The notes under the pieces were generated by a model. The model made no database searches and was not told the DNA's origin. It saw only the letters and a program-made list of their open reading frames with translations. A stretch of DNA of 64,000 nt, from positions 62,001 through 126,000 of the forward strand of contig JANJGN010000121.1 of assembly GCA_026770705.1 (NCBI GenBank). Reading direction: 5' to 3'. The DNA comes from Isurus oxyrinchus (lineage: Eukaryota). Of the stretch, positions 59,572 through 64,000 are shown in pieces; positions within the stretch are counted from its first letter, which is position 1, and every line of letters starts with the position of its first letter. Both the position numbers and the translations under genes were made by a program.

Positions 59572-61661
59572 TGTCCACTCCCAGATATTCCTTTAGCTTC
59601 TGACTCTTAAACTGTGAAAGAGAAAGGAGTTAATGAGACCTCACCTCTTGTCCGACAGCTCTCAAGAGATCAGAACTGCTTTTAGACAATGTCTTCACAG
59701 ACTAATTTGGTTCTCTGTGGGATGATAGGTGCTCCGCAGAGAGTTAAAAAGCTTTAAAAAAATAAATCAATGAAGGACTTGCATTTCTATAGCACCTTTC
59801 ACCACCTCAGGACACCCCAAAGCTCATGTCCCTGCTCTTCCCTCATCCCTTGAGCTAGAAAGATGTTCTGTACAGCAGACCTGAGCCTCACACCCAGATC
59901 TCAATAATCAGTAGAAATCTTTCAAAGGCATCAATCATTGGAATCTGTCTTTATAAAGTCACAACATCAACAAAGGATGGTGTTGGTGGTGGAAGTGAAT
60001 TCCAATTGTTCTGTTACTTACCCAGGACCTGTCCAACTGCTCAACTGGGGAGGAACTGCCCACACGCTCTGCTTGGGCTGAATGACCTCTTCCTGTGCTG
60101 CTCCCTCTGTGTGTTTAATTAGAAAGGGTGGATGTGTCTCTGTGAGTCAAAATGAGGAAGTTGGATCAAAGTGACAGAGCAGCTCATGTTTTGAGATGTT
60201 GGTGAACTGTTAACCCTTTGTGTCCTGACCCTGTGGTGATATTTCTGCTCACAGGTGGACAGTCATTGACCAGGAATTTCTCCTGTGGGTCAGTGGGTTT
60301 CACAGCCAAATTCAGGGGGTCAGAATGTTGTGGGGTTCAAGACCCGATTCAGGGGACATCTGCCCCACAGAGTAGACTGAAACTCCCCAGTGTCAGTACT
60401 GAGGGAGTGCTGCACTGTCGGATGGTCATTACTGAGCGAGTGTTGCACTATTGTAAGGTCAGTACTGAGGGAGTGCTGCAGTGTCAGAGGGACATTAATC
60501 AGGGAGTGCTGCAATGTTGGAGGATCAGTACTGAGGGAGTGCTGCACTGTTGGAGGGTCAGTATTAAGGTGCTGATTTACAAGACAGGACAATGGATTAG
60601 GAGCCCTCAGAACTCCCGCCATTATCACCGTCATGAATCACTAATTAGCCTAACATTCCTGTCTGCTCCTCAACACAGCTGATTGGTTAATCTGATTCAA
60701 TCTGATTGGTGCACTTTGTATGTTCATTGTCTAAGGAATCTCTTTGGATCCTCATTGTCTAAGGAAACTCTTTGGATCCTCATTGTCTAAGGAATCTCTT
60801 TGGATCCTCATTGTCTAAGGAATCTCTTTGGATCCACATTGTCTGAGCAATCTCTTTGGATCCTCATTGTCTAAGGGATTATTTCTGATCCAAACCCCAT
60901 ATTGTTGTATTGTTGATTCCGATGCAGCATTGTAGACTGACTTGTCCCCAAGCTCAGCACTGACCCTACTCCAGCAGACACTGTGAAACACACTAACAAA
61001 GCGCCTCTAGCCTGAGCTCTGCATGTGTCGAGAGAAAGACAAATATACAAACTGAATATTGACCCATTTACACACGGACAGCTTTACCTTCCTTCTCTCT
61101 TTCAGTTATCTTGCTCCCTTATTGAAGTATCTAGCATGGTGAGAATGGACAGGAAGTGTGACACTGAACAGCCTGTCTATTCTAGGAGCTGCTGAGTTGT
61201 CTTCATGGGAAATTCTGATTAAAATCAGCAAAAGACACAAATTTCATTCCTTTGCTATCGGAGTCCAAGCATCAGGATAGACTTCATCCCACAGTATTTA
61301 TCACTGTTTCTCAACTCAGCACCTCACACCCTCCGCCACTCGCTGACCTGCACTGGCTCCCAGTCCAGCAGAGCCTCGAGTTTAAGATTCTCATCCTCAA
61401 TTTCCATGCCCTCCATTCCTCTTCTCCAATCACTTTCTCCTCCAACCATGCAAACCTCAAAGTCCTCTACTCTCCTCCAATTCTGCTGTCAGACAGGGAG
61501 TCAGTGTATATCAGTGAGCACAGGGGTGATGGGTGAATGGGACTTGGTGTGAGTTTGTACACTGGCTCACTGCTGAATCTGTTCCCAATCAGAGCTCAAT
61601 AAGAATTATGTTTTACAAAGATGATTAGCCATAAATCTGTCCGAGCTGACAATGATATTAC

Positions 61662-61701
61662 CTTGGAGAAGTGACAGGAGGAAGTAAGATTTCCTGATCA
61701 T
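61662..61701 (-). CDS. Distal signal-peptide exon (MIRKSYFLLSLLQ)
   Basis: Intact leader within a cassette at ~61070-62290. Confidence 0.75.
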
Positions 61702-62379
61702 TGTCCACTCCCAGGTATTTCATTGGTTCTCAAGCTGTGAAAGAGAAATGAGTTAACGAGACCTCACCTCTTGACCGACACCTCTCGAGAGATCAGAACT
61801 GCTTTTAGACAATGTCTTCAGAGACTAATTTCATTCTCTGTGGGATGATAGGTGCTCTGCAGATAGTTACAAGGCTTTAAGAAAGTAAAACAATGAAGGA
61901 CTTGCATTTCTATATCGCCTTTCACCTGCTTAGGACACCCCAAAGCTCATGTCCCTGCTCTTCCCTCATCCCTTGAGCTAGAAAGATGTTCTGTACAACA
62001 GACTTGAGTCTCACACCCAGATCTCAATAATCAGTAGAAATCTTTCAAAGGCATCAATCATTGGAATCTGTCTTTATAAAGTCACAACATCAACAAAGGA
62101 CGGTGTTGGTCGTGGAAGTGAATTCCAATCGTTCCGTTACTTACCCAGGACCTGTCCGACTGCTCGCCTGGGGAGGAACTGCCCACACACTCTGCTTGGG
62201 CTGAATGACCTCTTCCTGTGCTGCTCCCTCTGTGTGTTTAATTAGAAAGGGTTGATGTGTCACTGTGAGACAAAATGAGGAAGTGGTTAGTACCAAGTGA
62301 GAAAGCAGCTCTTTGCCTCGCACAGTTAGAAAACTGTTAACCCTTTGCGTGCCAAGAATGTGGCTGAAGGGCCATCGAC

Positions 62380-63030
62380 TGTTCACATGCAACAAGCTCG
62401 AGGGGGTTGAACGGGCCTCCTCCTGTTCCTGTGTAACAGGCTTGAGGGGCTGAATGGACCTCCTCCTGTTCCTGTGTAAGAGGCTTGTGTGGCTGAATGG
62501 GCCTCCTCCTGTTCCTTTATAATTGCCTCGAGGGACTGAATGAACCTCCTCCTCCGCTTCTTGTGTAACATGCTTGAGGGGCTGTTTGGGCCCCCTCATG
62601 TTCTTATATAAGATGCTCGTGTGGCTGAATGAGACTTCTCCTGTTCCTATGTAACTGACTTGAGGGGCTTAATGGACCTCCTCCTGTTCCTGTTCATCAA
62701 GCTCATGGGGCTGAAATGACCTCATTCCGTTCTGGTGTTAGAGGCTTGAAGGTCTGAATGGGCCTCCTCCTGTTCCTGTGTAACAGGCTCGAGGGGCTGA
62801 ATGGGCCTCCTCCTGTTGCTGTGTAACAGGCTCGAGGGGCTGAATGGGCCTCCTCCTGTTCCTGTGTAACAGGCTTGAGGGGCTGAATGGCCTCCTCCTT
62901 TTCCTGTATAACAGGCTTATGGGGCTGAATGGCCTCCTCCTGTTCCTGTGTAACAGGCTTGAGGGGGCTGAATGGCCTCCTCCTGTTCCTGCGTAACAGG
63001 GTCGAGGGGCTGAATGTCCTCCTCTCATTA
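62380..63030 (+). repeat. ~42-bp tandem repeat (GAGGGGCTGAATGGGCCTCCTCCTGTTCCTGTGTAACAGGCT)n resembling a CR1 tail
   Basis: Direct inspection. Confidence 0.88.
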
Positions 63031-64000
63031 AAAATAAATACTGCAGATGGTGTAAATCTTAAATAAAAACGGAAAATGCTGCCTTAACTCAGCAGGTCTG
63101 GCAGCAGCTGTGAAGAGAGAAACAGAGTTTTTGCTTTGAGACTCTGAAGAAGGGTCATACGGACTCAAAATGCTAATTCTGTTTATCTCTGCACAGATGC
63201 TGCCAGACCTACTCAGTTTCTCCAGCATTTTCTGTTTTTATTTCAGGTACTCTCTTGTTCCTGTGTAGCAGGTTCGAGGGGGCTGAATGGCCTCCTCCTG
63301 TTCCTATTCAATGGGCAGTGAAAGCATGTGTATGATTTGGACCTCAAACCCAATTCTGTCCTCAGGACATTGACAGATGGAGAGACCAGTTACAGATCAA
63401 TGCAGGAGGATTATTTATTTTCCCAATCTTTTATCCAAGAATGTCATCAAACATAGAGCAGAACCAGGATCAAGGATGTTGGTCTCTGTAATCTGTAACA
63501 GATCGAACAGTCCACCCATCCACTCACCATCAGGATGGATGCAAATTGTACTCTCCAAGTGTGAAAGACTAAAATGGTGGTTTATTGCAGCTATATCTCA
63601 TTCTGTTATCAAAGCTGTCTCATCCATCCATGACATATTGAAGAAGATAAACCTGCAACCAATTTTTCACATCATAATTTCCAATGTTCATTGGCAACAT
63701 CAATGTAAACATGTCACGCTGAAATGATGTCCTCCTACCAGTGGTGGCACTGTAGCACATCTGTTATCCTCTGAGCTGCAGAGAATTTCTCAAATCTCCA
63801 AACAAATTGTTTCCCTGTTTCTGGGATTGCAGTTAGTTTTGCTGTTTAACGATGAAGTGTAAAATCCAAATATATATCTGAAAATACATTTGATTACAAA
63901 ATGCTGAGTAAATTATGCCAATCTCCTCTGCTCCAATTATCCACCGATCCTGCATTTCCTGAAGTCTACACTGGCTGATGAATATTCTGTAAACACTGAC

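Overview
Vertebrate genomic DNA. It is most likely a shark or other elasmobranch, inferred from the 33-bp CAGTACTGACCCTCTGACAGTGCAGCACTCCCT satellite and the CR1/L2/Penelope repeat content. The window holds a tandem cluster of three Siglec/MAG-like Ig-superfamily receptor genes, all on the minus strand, reconstructed here from GT-AG splice sites and exon phases. Gene 1 (~2.7-19 kb) is inhibitory: V-set, D2, three near-identical C2 exons (one frameshifted), TM, and a tail with an ITIM plus an ITSM-like motif. It is preceded by four tandem ~1.76-kb promoter + signal-peptide cassettes. Gene 2 (~24.3-37.8 kb) has V, D2, C2, a MAG-D5-like domain and TM, but a damaged tail splice acceptor and a degenerate ITIM. 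Gene 3 (~40.3-62.3 kb) looks activating: its TM exon is unrelated to the others, carries an Arg, and has a short Tyr-free tail. It has an array of FOUR intact, splice-competent V-set exons that differ mainly in predicted ligand-binding loops, sitting upstream of a single D2 exon and downstream of two leader cassettes. Together this suggests a paired inhibitory/activating Siglec-like system diversified by module duplication, with possible alternative V-exon use. The rest is LINEs, solo LTRs, a decayed Gypsy element, minisatellites and two assembly gaps. Most ORFs in the supplied track are repeat or antisense artefacts. Repeat boundaries are approximate; exon boundaries were read by eye.
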